Below are positions 50,805 to 63,600 of a stretch of DNA of 64,000 bases, one piece after another. Within the stretch, counting starts at the first letter, position 1. Each line of letters opens with the position of its first letter. This DNA comes from Azolla caroliniana (taxonomy: Eukaryota > Plantae > Polypodiophyta), in contig JBHGNT010000011.1 of assembly GCA_043228905.1 (NCBI GenBank), positions 14,384,001 to 14,448,000 on the forward strand, written 5' to 3'. A program made the translations under genes and the position numbers. The notes under the pieces are model-generated. The model worked only from the letters and a program-made list of their open reading frames with translations. It made no database searches and was not told the origin of the DNA.

Positions 50805-51054
50805 ACCATTCTCTCTCTTCTCTCTCTCTTACCTCCACTTCATCTCCACCACAGCCGACTCAGCTCTTACCTTTTGACAGAGGTACTACTAAGGCCTTCT
50901 TCCTTCTTGTCACAGACCCCCTTTGTTTGCCTTTAACCCTAATCCTAGATCTGCTTGTTTTTATTGGGCACTTTTTTTGTTTGTTTGTTTTGCTTCTTCT
51001 TCTTCTTCTTTTCCTCTTTCCTCTTCTGAGTTTTGAGAGGGAATTTGAATTGGA

Positions 51055-54000
51055 ATGGAAGGAGAGAAGCAAATTATGGCCATGGATTTTCTTGGGTTGG
51101 GCAATTTCGCAGGAAATCATCCCAGTGAAGCAGCGAAAATGGATGGGTTCCACAGCCATCGCTGCAAAACCTCTTCATCTCCAGAAATGAAGAAGGAAAA
51201 GCGTTATGAGAAATCAGTGGATGGTACCCTCCTCAGAAACAGAGCATTTGGAGGTATTTGAACTCCATAGCCTGAATCATTACCTTATCTCGTGTACGGA
51301 TATATGTTCTTTTGTATATATATTTATATGTGCGCCTATTTGTTTGTTTGCATATCAGTATGTGTATGTGTGTGTGATAAGTTTGTATCTGTGTGTGCAT
51401 TGCTGAAAAACATGTGAATGAATTTACGTATGTATGTTTGTATATGTATTTATGTGGTATGTATGTGTGGGTGTATCATATATATGTGTTTTTGTGTCAT
51501 ATGTATATGCGTGTTTGTGGGCATTGCTGAAAAGTGGATATGTGCATTTTATGTATTTTTATGTGTATGTATTTTTATATGCTTGTTTAATGGAAGCTCT
51601 AGGTCATTTGTTAGCCAAGATCAGTACATATGCATATGCATGTGTTGTGTGCATATATGTATTTTGATTGGAAGCTTTAGGGTGTTAGCAAGATTAATGA
51701 ACCTGAATTAACATTATAAATAAATTTAAACTAATTTTTTTGTGCTTGTAAGGATGTGAAAGGGTGGTTGAAAATGCTTGGTTTTGTGTATGTATTTATA
51801 TGTGTGTGTAGGTACCTAGTTGTATATATATATGTATGTATCTCATGCATATTTGGGTGGGAAAACCATGATGTCATAGTATCTAGCTGCTGAATGATAA
51901 ACCTGTAATAAATGTAGACATATATTATTTGATCTCCTTTGGTCTTTATTTCTATTATCTCTCGTGGAATATGTGGGTATTATAAAATAAGTGTAAACTC
52001 ATTGTCTTGCTTCTATTATTAGGTGTTAAACACCATAACATGTGGAGCAAGCCCTCCATGATGCAATACCCAATGCCATATATGAATTCCCAGGAGGAAA
52101 GATTCATCGAGCAAAGTGCAGAGAATTTTACGGATGGATCCAATCTACATTTGAATAGAAGGAAACAGGTATGTTATTTCTTCTTATAATGTTATTTCTT
52201 TTTAGATATTTTACAATAGTGTTGTTCCTTCTCATCATAGGACTAAAAGGGTAATTAACTATATATATATATCATTCTGGCAGGGGATAAATAGTTCTTC
52301 GCAACCCATTGAAGACTTTGCCCCTCAGATTCATCTTCCTGCCAATGTTATTGGAATGATGCCCAAAGGCATGCCTCCTCCCAAGGTTGATATGGATCTA
52401 TCTGGTGGTGCTTCGGTTCGACTAGAATCAAGGTGAATAGCCCAATCACGATTTGCAATCAGTTGTTAAAAATTAATAAAGAATATATATTGTATTGATA
52501 TACACATACATAATGTGTTAGTAATACCAATATGACCCAAAAATGGTAAGAGCTCTGCCTGTATAAAAGTGTTCTCTGATGTTGCCCTTATACTAAATCC
52601 TCCAAACTATGTTTTTAAACCTCTGGATAGGATGCATTTGGCTGAACCAAAGGAAAAGGAAGTAAATGCTCCGTTGACCATTTTTTATGGAGGCAATGTG
52701 AATGTCTTCAATGATATTTCTGCACAACAGGTAACAAATGACACGTTTAGTGTTGTCATGAATTCAACTTATGAATGTATGAGAGGTTTTCTATTTGACT
52801 GACATAAAAGCCAGAGCTCAAAGCCTGAATTCATGAAATACAAGCGATAGAACCTCACAAATCTATAAGCAATAGTGCGCTGGGTCACATCCAAATTTGT
52901 GGAACATTGTTATTCAGCACACAGTTTCTTTGTTTTGTTTTAGGCTTATGAAATCATGCTTCTGGCATCTGGTACCACTCCAAAATGTGGTCCTATTGAC
53001 TTTTCAAATCTGGTTGCAAATAGAGACATCACCAATGCATTGCCCCAGAAATCAAATGCAAACTTGTCAAAGGACCATACTGTAATGGCAACCTTCCAAG
53101 CGAACCAAGCGGCCAGTAGAGCTCGTTTTGCATATCTAAATATGAGTTTGCCTTCTATTTCACTGCCTGACGGCCAGTTGGAGGTTCCTAGAGGTAAGGT
53201 GTCATAAAATGCCTATCGCTGGTTGAATTTAATGGCAATATTTCGTGTATGTGATAGCTTTATATGAAAGTTTTTAGTTGTGTTGTCATTTAAAGTTGGC
53301 ATCCTCTCGATATTAACAGCATTGCCACAAGCTCGGAAAGCATCACTTGCCCGGTTCTTGGAAAAGCGCCGAGAAAGGTTTCTTTTTCTTTCACAAAAAA
53401 ATGATATTCATAAGTATAGCATGCATGTGACATCATTGTATTCACGCAAATGATGATACTCTCTTGCACTTCTTGCACTTGGATTGCTTTCATACAATGG
53501 GAAAAAATGGGGTGTACTACCGAAAATTGATTTCCTTCATGTGTATGACATCACTGTATCCATGCAAATGATGATACTTTCTTTTGGACTTCTTCTCCAT
53601 TGGGAAAAGTATGAGGATAAATGTTTGTTCAGTCCAATCAAAATAGTAACAACCCATTGCTCCTAAGCGGCAATGGGTTGTGACAATTTTGATTGGACTG
53701 AATCAAAATAGTCCATTGCCATTGGATTTGAATGCAACACTTTGCTCCTAGGGGGCAGTAGGGAGTGGTACAGATAACCTTGTGTTTTTATTGGAAGAGC
53801 ATAGGTAGAGGAGAGTGTAAAAAAGTAAAAGAGATTATATCATGTCAAAGATGTCTCATTGCATCTCTGCATCTTGTGAGAAGGAGATTATAACATCAAG
53901 AAATTGCATTCTCGTATTATATTTGATGACAGTTATGTATACCTATTTTAAACTATTCTTTGTTTGACCTGATCGTAGGCTGCTAATGAAATCTCCATAT

Positions 54001-54069
54001 CCATTGAAACAAGACAATTCCTATTACGAGGAAGAGAGGCTTTCAAGCTCAAATGACGCAATTGCATAA
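51055..54069 (+). CDS. JAZ: JAZ (TIFY family) jasmonate-signalling repressor, ~330 aa; exons 51055-51253, 52023-52168, 52284-52432, 52631-52730, 52944-53193, 53320-53377, 53979-54069
   Basis: N-terminal DFLGL; ZIM domain APLTIFYGGNVNVFNDISAQQAYEIMLLAS; Jas motif ALPQARKASLARFLEKRRERLLMKSPY split by the conserved Jas intron. All introns GT-AG and in phase. Confidence 0.95.
53628..53702. repeat. Near-perfect inverted repeat (33-bp stem, 9-nt loop) in the JAZ Jas intron
   Basis: ttcagtccaatcaaaatagtaacaacccattgc / gcaatgggttgtgacaattttgattggactgaa, 2 mismatches. Confidence 0.9.
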
Positions 54070-54819
54070 TAGACTGAACAGAATGAAAGATTGCTTGAAG
54101 AAAAGTGGAGACATCTGGTTAGCCTCTATGGCACACGATGTGTGGGTATAACTTATATATACATACATATATATATTCAGTGCTTCAGTATTTGTTTGTT
54201 TTAATGTAAGAATCTCTCACTTGAAAGATTGTACATTAGACTAAAACGTTTTTAAAAAGGCCGGAAAAACTGTTATCGAGGCTTAGCAGTGATTCATAAT
54301 GCGCATTTAGATGCTTCTTGGTATGTATATTATATACTTGAAAATTTCTTGAAGAAGGCTTAATTATGTAGCAAGCTGGAAAAGCTGTTCCTGAGACTAA
54401 ACTGAAATTACTAATGCTCAGTTAGATTTTGTATTGTTGTATTGAAACCTACTTCAGATTATATAATGAAGGGAAAGAGTTCAATATTTCGAAGAACATA
54501 TCAAAACTTATGAAAATTCTTAATAATCACCAATAATAATTTAATGTTTCCTTTTGAAGTGGAAATTTATTTGGTTGATAAGAAAATTTTAGCTGGTTTA
54601 TTTGAAGTAACTAATGTTAGAATTTGAGAAGAGAGATGTTGAAAAGGATATTGCAAAGGTGTGTATCCTGTTATAATCCTTTATTAAAGTCAATGGACTT
54701 TTCATTATAACCCTTCCACTCAATGCAATTTACAGCAATAAGTTGTTTTGTTGAAAATATAACAATATGGGGTTTTGTGGGAATCTTTCAGTTCAATCAT
54801 ATAACAATAAATCATTGAT

Positions 54820-57121
54820 CTACTTAACATGGAATGTATTTAACAAAACTCCTGCCATGATGAGAACAGCTGAACCTTGTATGTAGGCTCGACCTTGATT
54901 CTCATCCACGCGGACAAACACCTCACCTCCACGCTCTGATGCCTAGATATTATTCATTCAATATTCTCCATGTTATTAGCATGCATAAAGAAAAACAAAG
55001 TGTTCAGGGTTCAGATATTTAGATTTTAGGGTTAACCCAAAAATATGTCATTACCTGAAAACCTTTTAAAGTTTCCTTCCCTAGTTTTCTGGCCCAAAAA
55101 GGACCCAAGGCACAATGCGCACTTCCTGTTACAGGATCCTGTAAAAGGGATTTCACAAAAGACAAAGGAGAATCATAGCCGGAAGTAATAAACAGCACAA
55201 CATCTTGCTTGAAAAAAACCTCCATCACTCACCTCAAAGATGCCACTTTTAGGACAAAAGAACCTAGATACAAAATCATATTGAGTGCCTTTTTCTGCTT
55301 GCGCGGTCACAATTACACCACCTCTACCACTAAAATCCATCATATAGGAGAACTGGGGTTGGATTTGTTCAACCTCTGCAGTGCTGGAAACCTCTACCTA
55401 AGAGAAAAACCAAAATAATTTATCATATCCTTTGGAACAAATATATGATCCACAAGTTAGAGCCAAAATAAAAAGCAAAACAGGTAAACAAAGGACTCAC
55501 TATGCATAAATCATTCAGTCAATATTACTTGTTATCCACATATTTCACTTTTTCATGATATATTATTCATAAAATTTCTAAAACTATTCACAAATCTTGG
55601 AGATTCAATTATTTCAAAACCTTGACAAAAACAAATAACTTAAAAGTTTCTAAAAGCCTGAAAATTAATGTCATTCACTTCATTTTTATTTTCTTTTTGT
55701 TAGTGCATAGTAAACTATGCTTACCAAATAATCACCCGTAGATGTTTTGCCAATATAAATTATTTGAGCACCACCCAATGCTAGGGATAATTGTTTGGCC
55801 TCGTCCGGATCACCAGATTCTATGCATGATGTGAGTGGAAAGTCAAGTTCTACCACACCCACTCCGGTTGGTCTCTTTCGTTTAGTTGCTTTTGTATCAC
55901 CTGAATTGTCATCCTCATCCTCAGCATAACCCAACACCTTTCTCGCTTTCAAGACTCCGGATCTTGTATGGAAAAGGCATGCATCACTGTCCACGATTCC
56001 AGAAGAAAATAGAAGATGGGCAGAAGCAAGGGTTGCATGCCCACACAAATCGACCTGTTTATTTTTTCAATAATGCAGACCTAAAGCCTTAGGCAAATTG
56101 AAATTCATACAGGAGAAAAGAATACCCTAAAGTGTTTTTTCCAAAATTCTCAAGAAACTACTCATCTTTCCGAATTCCCCAAACACTTCTTTCTACAATT
56201 TATTCATCTAAAAATTCTATTTTGTAGCAAGACCCAGCAGATTTGGGAATTCGGAGAGACCAGGGATAGTTTTGGGAAATATTTGAAAACACAGTCCGGA
56301 ATTCTGTGAAAATAAATGAGCAAGTTATTGGGTAAACTTCTTTCTTAGTAAAAACGATTTTAAAAGAGTTTTAAAAAAGCATACCTCAACTTTGGGGGTG
56401 AACCATCGAAGATCAAATTCATCCACATCATGAAGAATGTCCTGAGCTGTCTTCTTGAAGACTTTCGATTTCCTCTTGCCAGAATCTCTTTTAATAAGAA
56501 AGGCAGTTTCCGATAGATTGAATTGTTTTGCTACACACTGCAGCCAATGATCATCTCTTCTCATTGGAAGATAGCACACTGCGGCCGGATTTCCTCCAAA
56601 TGGTTTATCAGTGAATGCATTTATCTGCACAAACACAAATGCTGAATACCACATTTTCATTTTTCCTTCTATAATGCGTATGTTCTTCTCTTTCTTCCTT
56701 TCTTTCATTAGAAACAGGGCTTATAGTTACTGTTTCATCTCCCAAACAGGGCTTATTATCTCCCATTTCATTTTATTATTGTTTTGTGGAGAAACAGGGC
56801 TTATAGTTACTGTACCAAAATTCCATTAGAATTGTTGCAGTGGGAATGCCTATACCATTTGCAAACCAAAAATATATCTGTGTGTAAATGCTTACATACA
56901 TGCATACATATACAAATACATTGCTATGCATACATATATATTCGTCTCGGTATCAAACACACATCAATGCTTGCTTGGATGCATGCATTATTTTGTTTTT
57001 GTGTGTGTGTTTGTATAAGTTTACATATACACAAACATACGAAAGTGTATTAATACATGCATGTATTCTCTTCTAGCTCGAACATACAATGAATAATTCT
57101 TAGTATTCTTTCTTGCAGATT

Positions 57122-57159
<38 letters not shown>

Positions 57160-57802
57160 TAAATCCATGAATGTATGCGTGAATGTATACAGATCCATGC
57201 ATTATTATCACTTGATATATATAGCTACCACCTCTTTCCTTGCCAAAAATAATAAGAAAAATCACTCATGAACAATAATAACAATTTATTTTCAGCAAAC
57301 AAAAACATTATTTTTTCACCCAAAAAAACAACACATCATAAAAGAAAGAGCAAAAGTATCCACAAAGAAAATAGACACTATTAACCTGTGCAAAATCGAT
57401 CTCGGCAAAAAGCTCTTCTTCCATATCATACTTCTGTGCAGCCTCCTCAATGTCAGTCTCAAGAAAGCTAATGATGGCATCTCTCAAATTATCCTTCACA
57501 TCATCATCCCCTGTTTCTTCTTCTTCTTCTTCTTCTTCTTCTTCTTCTTCTTCTGTACCAATGGAAACGTCAAGGTCGGAAGCTTTAGATTTGCATCTCT
57601 CATGCCCAGTTGATGGAAGGCCAAAAGAGGCACTATTATGCCTAAGGTACGGGTAAGCATTAGATTTCTTGCTCCACAGTGAATATAGGCAGTGCCTATG
57701 GCTATGGGTTGAGGTGACATGCAAAAGATGAAGGTTTGGCTTGCCAATCTCTGAAGATGAGAATTGGGGCTGGAACAGGGGGCAAAGGCTGGCCACAGCC
57801 AT
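54820..57802 (-). CDS. PhzF/PhzC-family isomerase/epimerase with N-terminal extension, ~452 aa; exons 57802-57386, 56624-56385, 56054-55725, 55397-55233, 55138-55055, 54942-54820
   Basis: INAFTDKPFGGNPAAV, FNLSETAF (catalytic-type Glu), LRWFTPKVEVDLCGHATLA, RFFCPKSGIFEDPVTGSAHC, QASERGG. All introns GT-AG, phase 0. Confidence 0.93.
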
Positions 57803-57999
57803 GGCTCAGATCTGTTCTACCCTCAAGGTTTAAGAATTGAATTTCATTAAACTATGAAGAGACAAACACACAGAGAGACAGAGAGAACTACAAAAACTAC
57901 CCCTCCCCTGCTCCACAAAATTCACAAACAATACCCCTCTGCCTTTGCTGTTTTTTCAGAATTCTGAGCTTTTATCTCTTGTCTCTCGCACTATCATGT

Positions 58000-58245
58000 C
58001 TTGGGTTCGAAACCTACTCCGGCCATATCCTCTTAATTTACTAGATGCCACTACGGAATGTAGGGGTTGAACCCACGACCTCCTGGTCTCCATTGGACAA
58101 CCTCGTAATTAGCTTACCCTACGGTAAGTTGTTACATTACAAGCACTGCGCATTGGGTTCGAAACCCAATTTTTTCACCTCTCTATTACTTCACATATAT
58201 CTCTTAATTCACTAGATACCATTGTGGAATGTAGGGGTTGATCTC
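58000..58245. repeat. Two copies of a tRNA/SINE-like fragment upstream of the PhzF-family gene
   Basis: gggttcgaaacc (B-box-like)...ctcttaatt.actagat.cca...ggaatgtaggggttga repeated at ~58004 and ~58155. Confidence 0.5.
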
Positions 58246-61200
58246 TCTCTCACACACACTCTCTCTTGTAAATAATGGCTTTCATTATGAAAGAAAGAAA
58301 ACAACACCATGACTAAACTTACTACAAAGTGTGGAACCCTTCTAGGGAGCAAAAAATACTACTACGACAGATGACAGACTCAATCCCACCCTACACACCA
58401 ATTCAAATGACGAATATGATAATATGTGACCTTGCAGAGTTCTGTCTCTTCATGGTTGAGATTTCGTGGCTTCTCTAGCACTGCCAATTGCCACAAAAGA
58501 AGTCATTTTAACTTTACATCAATTTTTTTCACCCCAACTTGCGAATCAAAAGTGAAGGCATTCCGCATATCCCAATTGTATCATAGCTCCCAATACCTCA
58601 AGAACTCAAAAATAATTTGGAAATGAGGCATCGGTTCATTGTTCTCCATATGTGCAAAAACCCAACTCAAGGAAGATAGGCTTACTCCAGTTAGAGACAA
58701 CCACACTAAATTGATACACATCCAAACCATCCTACCCATTGGGCATGAAAGAAATCAATGCCTACTATGTTCAAATTCCACCGAACAAAAGAAAAACAAT
58801 CCTCTAGCGATGTTTCTTTTTTTTTATGCATCCCTCGATGGTAAAGCTCCAACCATAACTCTCCAAATGAATACTTAGCTCTTAGCATCAATCGAGAACA
58901 TCAACTTGCCTTGATCACATGAAATCACCTGGTAATGGGCTTACGAAACCCCATATCTTTATAACCCTTTCATCCATCCACTTATTTTTGTCAATCAACT
59001 TGTGATAAGCATCGCTTGTTGAGATAATAGTCAATCTCCTATTTCAACAAGTATCCAATCAAGCTCGTGAGACCCCCCATCTAAATTAGGAATTGGCTCA
59101 TACAAAGATACTAATTTTTGTAAATTATTCCAAATAAAAGTATAACCTTCTTGAATATGAAATGTTAATCTTGTTGTTCAAAAGTCCATTAATCTTCTTT
59201 GTGACATCAACATAGCACCCTTGACTTTTACTAAACCTAGTCTAGCCATCCGATTAAATTAAAGTCTAATAAGTCGTTTTCCTTCCCACTTCAAGGTCCT
59301 TGATGTCACCAAAACCTCCATTTGCAATGAATTGGCACATCCCCTTTGTTGTGGAGGATGCCATAGCCAAGATATCAACAAATGATTAACTATCAGAGAT
59401 CCTACACATTTGACATCCCTTTCAGAATTAATGACATTCCACCAATGAGCTTCAAACATCACTTTTCCAAGCTCAAAGTATGCCACCATTTCTATCAAAG
59501 GTTGTACACCCTCAAACATAAATCCAATGAAAGTAAATAGATAAGCCACCGTATGCTCATATAAATTTAATATTGATGCCCCACGAAGATGTTTCAAAAT
59601 ACAAACATAATCCCATGCCAACCACAACAAGGCACTTTTAACTTTTCTTTTTCATAACAATATCCACATTGAGTGTGACACCATTTCAAGAGCTTTCTTC
59701 AACCATGGTAGCAAATGAAGACAACAAGACACCATAGAGACCATAAAAGATTGGGCCACCTTAAACTGTACTTGAAAAGACCAGAATTGAGACCTCCAAT
59801 ACATAAATTTATCCTCCAACCTTTTGGATACCCACTCAATAAGTTTCACACAAGAAACTTCCACCCCAATTGGATATCCAAGGTGACGACATATCATACC
59901 ACAATGTACTATCTTTCTTGACCACGCCAACCCTAACACGTCTTGTTCTATACATGAAATAAGGATAGGTTTGTGCATATTAATTCTCAACCCTAAAGCA
60001 TTTGAAAACAATTCCCACACATCTCTTGTCTTACAAATATTTTCCCGATTAGGTGCCAAAAACATGATATAGTCATTTGCGAGAGCTTGAACAATACATG
60101 ACTTCCCTAATGGCAACCTTAGTCCAAACAATTCTTCCGCCATAGCCATATTATGTAATTTAACAAGAATAGTAAAGGATTTTGTAATTCTTCCCCGATT
60201 AGGGTGTGTCACAATAGTGAATAGTTAAGGACTGACCAGACATCCTTATCTAACTGATCTCCAAATAGAAATAGGTTGTGTTACTCCTCCATTCAACATC
60301 ACATGTGAAACCAAACCCTCCACTAATGTGTATATCAACTTAAGCAGACATATGATCACCTAAACCCATATGAGACATCAACTGATTAAAAGTTATAAAT
60401 GGCCAATCCACATTATCATAGGCTTTCTCAATATCTAATTGTAACAATGCTAATTCTTGTTTGGACGCCTTTATATAGTCAATTGCCATTTGAACATTTA
60501 AAATATTATGTATAATATCTCTTTTTGCGAAGAACCCATATTGAACATCATGAATAATAGAAGGTAAAACCTTTGCAATCTACTAGCCATCACTTTTGCA
60601 ATGAAAATCAATATGTAGCAAAGGAAATAGGCCTCCACTGAGTAAAGGAAAATGGAGAAGTCACCTTCGACAAAAGATTTATCAAAGCAATCTTCCAAGA
60701 ATGAGGCATTTCCCACGATGTCCACACCTTTTGGAATAAGACCGTAAAATGCCCGTTTAACTTAATTAGATATTTCTTAAAGAGCCGATTTGTTAATCCA
60801 TCCCACCCAAGACTCTTATCATTGACAAGATGTAACATGACGTATTCCACCTCATCCTCTGGAATATCAATATCTAGTGATTGCGCCACAGCATGTGATA
60901 CATAGTTTTTCACTCCATTAAAAAATGCATATCTATCCTTTTTACCATTATCATCGACAATTGTGTATAATATTCTATGCATTTCTTCACAATTTTTTGA
61001 GGATCGAAACACATTATACCATTTCCCTCTAACCTCACCACATTATGTCATGTATGTGATTCATGAAGGTCATGAAAAAACTTATTAGATTGAGGCAATT
61101 AGCATCCTCCACTTCTTGTCGTAGATGATGTAGTCTAGCACGTTGATAATGTTTTGTCGTAAGTTCATGCATCACATAAACTAATACCTCTTGATATCTC

Positions 61201-61309
61201 ATCAACTCTACATTCGGTGGCCAATAAGTTAACACTGAGTTACATTTATCAAGCAAATTAAGTAGGAGACTTAATTTCTTTCTCCTACTAAAGGCATGAT
61301 TAACAATGG

Positions 61310-61685
61310 GAATAGTTCGGTTCAGTTTGAGAGTGTCAAAACCGAATAAAAATTGTGAAACTTGAATGAAATCAAACCACGAAACCGTTTAAGAAAATCC
61401 AAACAGTTAAAACCGTAGTTTCATGGTTCAGTTTCGGCTTTCAACTAAGATCAAAATTCAAATTTAAAAAAATTCAAATTTTCAAAAATTTAAAGATTTT
61501 TCTAAAATGTGAGAAGTAGACTTAAAAATGAAAGGATTGTTTTAAAATAAAAAATAAAAAAAATAAAAAACTCATTAAACCGTTGTTTCTAACCGTTGAA
61601 ACCGAACCCGTACCATTTAAAACGTTAAGATGTGGTTTCACGGTTCGGTTCGGTTCGGTTCAAACCAAATTGTTGCCGACTATTA
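61310..61685. mobile_element. hAT-like MITE (AAACCG/CGGTT repeats) inserted in the LINE
   Basis: Right end gttgccgactatta resembles the TIR of the 39491 MITE; dense aaaccg/cggtt repeats. Left boundary uncertain. Confidence 0.55.
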
Positions 61686-62523
61686 GGTCTGATGAATTCC
61701 ATAATAACCAAATAACTTTTGAACATTTGCAACAAATACTTCCCATCCTTCATATGCATGAAATTGAACACGAGGGGCAAATACATCAACCAATTGACAC
61801 ATATAGGCATGGAATACCTCATGATCTAAAAATGATGAATTGAAAAATTAATAGTGTTTTTCCTAAGAACTCATGAAAAGCTCTAACTAAGTGGTAAGTG
61901 AATTCAAAAATTAATGGGAAATGATCTCTGGGAAATATCCAAAATCTCTGGTAAAAACCCTTCGTTATCCATTACATACAGTCGATCCAACATACTCCAA
62001 GTATCCTTTTATTGAGTCGATTGAAAGGGATAACCGGGTTCATCTCCCTCGGTTCCATTTCTATATATCCCATTATATAATTTCAGTCTCAAAATCTCCC
62101 CATTCTTAAGCCTTTGGTCCATCCATAATACAGTGGATAGATGTTGATTGATCTACCTCACAACAAACAATAAAATCTCCTATCAATAAACCTGTTCTTC
62201 CATGATCAAGCATTGAATTTAGAGGTCTCCATAACAAATTTCGTTCTTGTGAAACGTTTGATGCATACACACCAACTAACCAAAGAACTTGCCCTTCATA
62301 ACATATCTTAACCACTATAAATCTTCCAAATTCATATGAAACAATTACTTTTTGGTAAAATTTATCTCTTATAAACATGACAATCCTAGGATAATCCCCA
62401 TCAACATTGCTAGAATAACATAGTGTATAACCCTTAGAATAATAAATTAATCTAGCATTACAATGATCTTTATGCTCTACTACACATAAAACTTCCAATT
62501 TCTAACTTTACACAATTCTCCAA

Positions 62524-63505
62524 ACCTCATGTATTCTAAATCTACAACATAATCCCCTCACATTCCATGCGGTGATCTTCATGTTGGGATTTCGGTCCCT
62601 CCGGATGGGATGTCCGGAGATGAATGACGGCAAGCCCGGTTGCGGTTACGGAATCGGAGGATGAAGAGTACCCGGCATGAAGCCGGATGAAGAGTACCCG
62701 GCTACGGAGTCGGATGATGAAGACCCCGGTTACGGAGCCGGATGACGAATGTACCCGGAGAGAGATCCGGATGCGGGGACATATTTGTGAATATGTTTGC
62801 CAAGGGCCCTTGAGGCTATATTTGTAAATAGCCCGAAAGTCATATGTGTATAAATATGACTTAGGGCAAACAGTTGTTGTTGTTACTCATTTTTCTGTTT
62901 TCCACTAAGAGGGAGCTAAGTGAGCAGCCGAGAGAGAGAGAGAGAGAGAGAGACGAAGAGGTCGTTGCCTCTGTGTATTACCGCCGCCTGTGGCGAAGAC
63001 AGTGAGCTCAAGGTTGTTGCCTTGTAGCTTCACCATTGTACATCTCTGTTTATAGTGATAGTTGGAGTTTGAGGACTCCCGTGGTTTTTCCCATTTAGGG
63101 AATTTCCACGTAAAACATCCTGTGTACTCCTCTCTCTATTGTCTTCGTGCATTTTGTATTTCCTGTTTTCTGCGAGTTGATCCTATTCCTCGGTTGTGGC
63201 CGAGCACTGTGTTTAATACTTCATACTTTATTTTTTCCTTTAATTTAAGAAATCTTCAGATGTCTTTCTCTTCTTAGAATGAGATCTTGATGGTTGTCAT
63301 TTAGAAGATTTCTATCCGACAGAAATCTTGAGTTTACCTCATGTATTCTAAATCTACAACATAATCCCCTCACATTCCATGCGGTGATCTTCATACTTTA
63401 TTTTTTCCTTTAATTTAATAAATCTTCAGATGTCTTTCTCTTCTTAGAATGAGATCTTGATGGTTGTCGTTTAGAAGATTTCTATTCGACAGAAGTCTTG
63501 AGTTT
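62524..63505. repeat. 170-bp tandem duplication of the LINE ORF1/ORF2 junction; first copy interrupted by S2
   Basis: acctcatgtattct...gtgatcttca|tactttatt...cttgagttt at 62524-62581 + 63224-63335, and uninterrupted at 63336-63505. Confidence 0.9.
62582..63218 (+). mobile_element. Solo LTR S2 (same Copia family as S1 and the C5 LTR)
   Basis: TGTTGGGA...TAATA (CA>TA). Perfect TSD CTTCA (62577-62581, 63219-63223). Internal ccggatga tandem motifs. Confidence 0.92.
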
Positions 63506-63600
63506 GTTCCAGAGATCTGTCTAGCTTGAGGTCTTCAAGGGGGTGAAAGCAGGAATGTTGTTGTAGACAAATGACATTTGGCAAAATATTAGCAAGCTTT

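Larger units (their letters stand above)
58260..63600 (-). mobile_element. L1-like LINE, decayed (end of ORF1; ORF2 endonuclease and RT)
   Basis: ORF2 start MKITAWNVRG; LVGVYASN..LIGDF endonuclease; KSLGWDGL..WRPIS, LDIEKAYD, LANDY (FADD-like), RHLGYPIG. Confidence 0.85.

Noticed and set aside
50795-51711. Hydrophobic ORFs around the JAZ 5' UTR and intron 1 as small membrane proteins
   Set aside because: They arise from CT/TG/TA-rich low-complexity UTR and intron sequence.
54820-57802. PhzF-like gene as a recent bacterial horizontal transfer or phenazine pathway
   Set aside because: PhzF-like genes are widespread in plants, this one has five spliceosomal introns, and no other phz genes are nearby.
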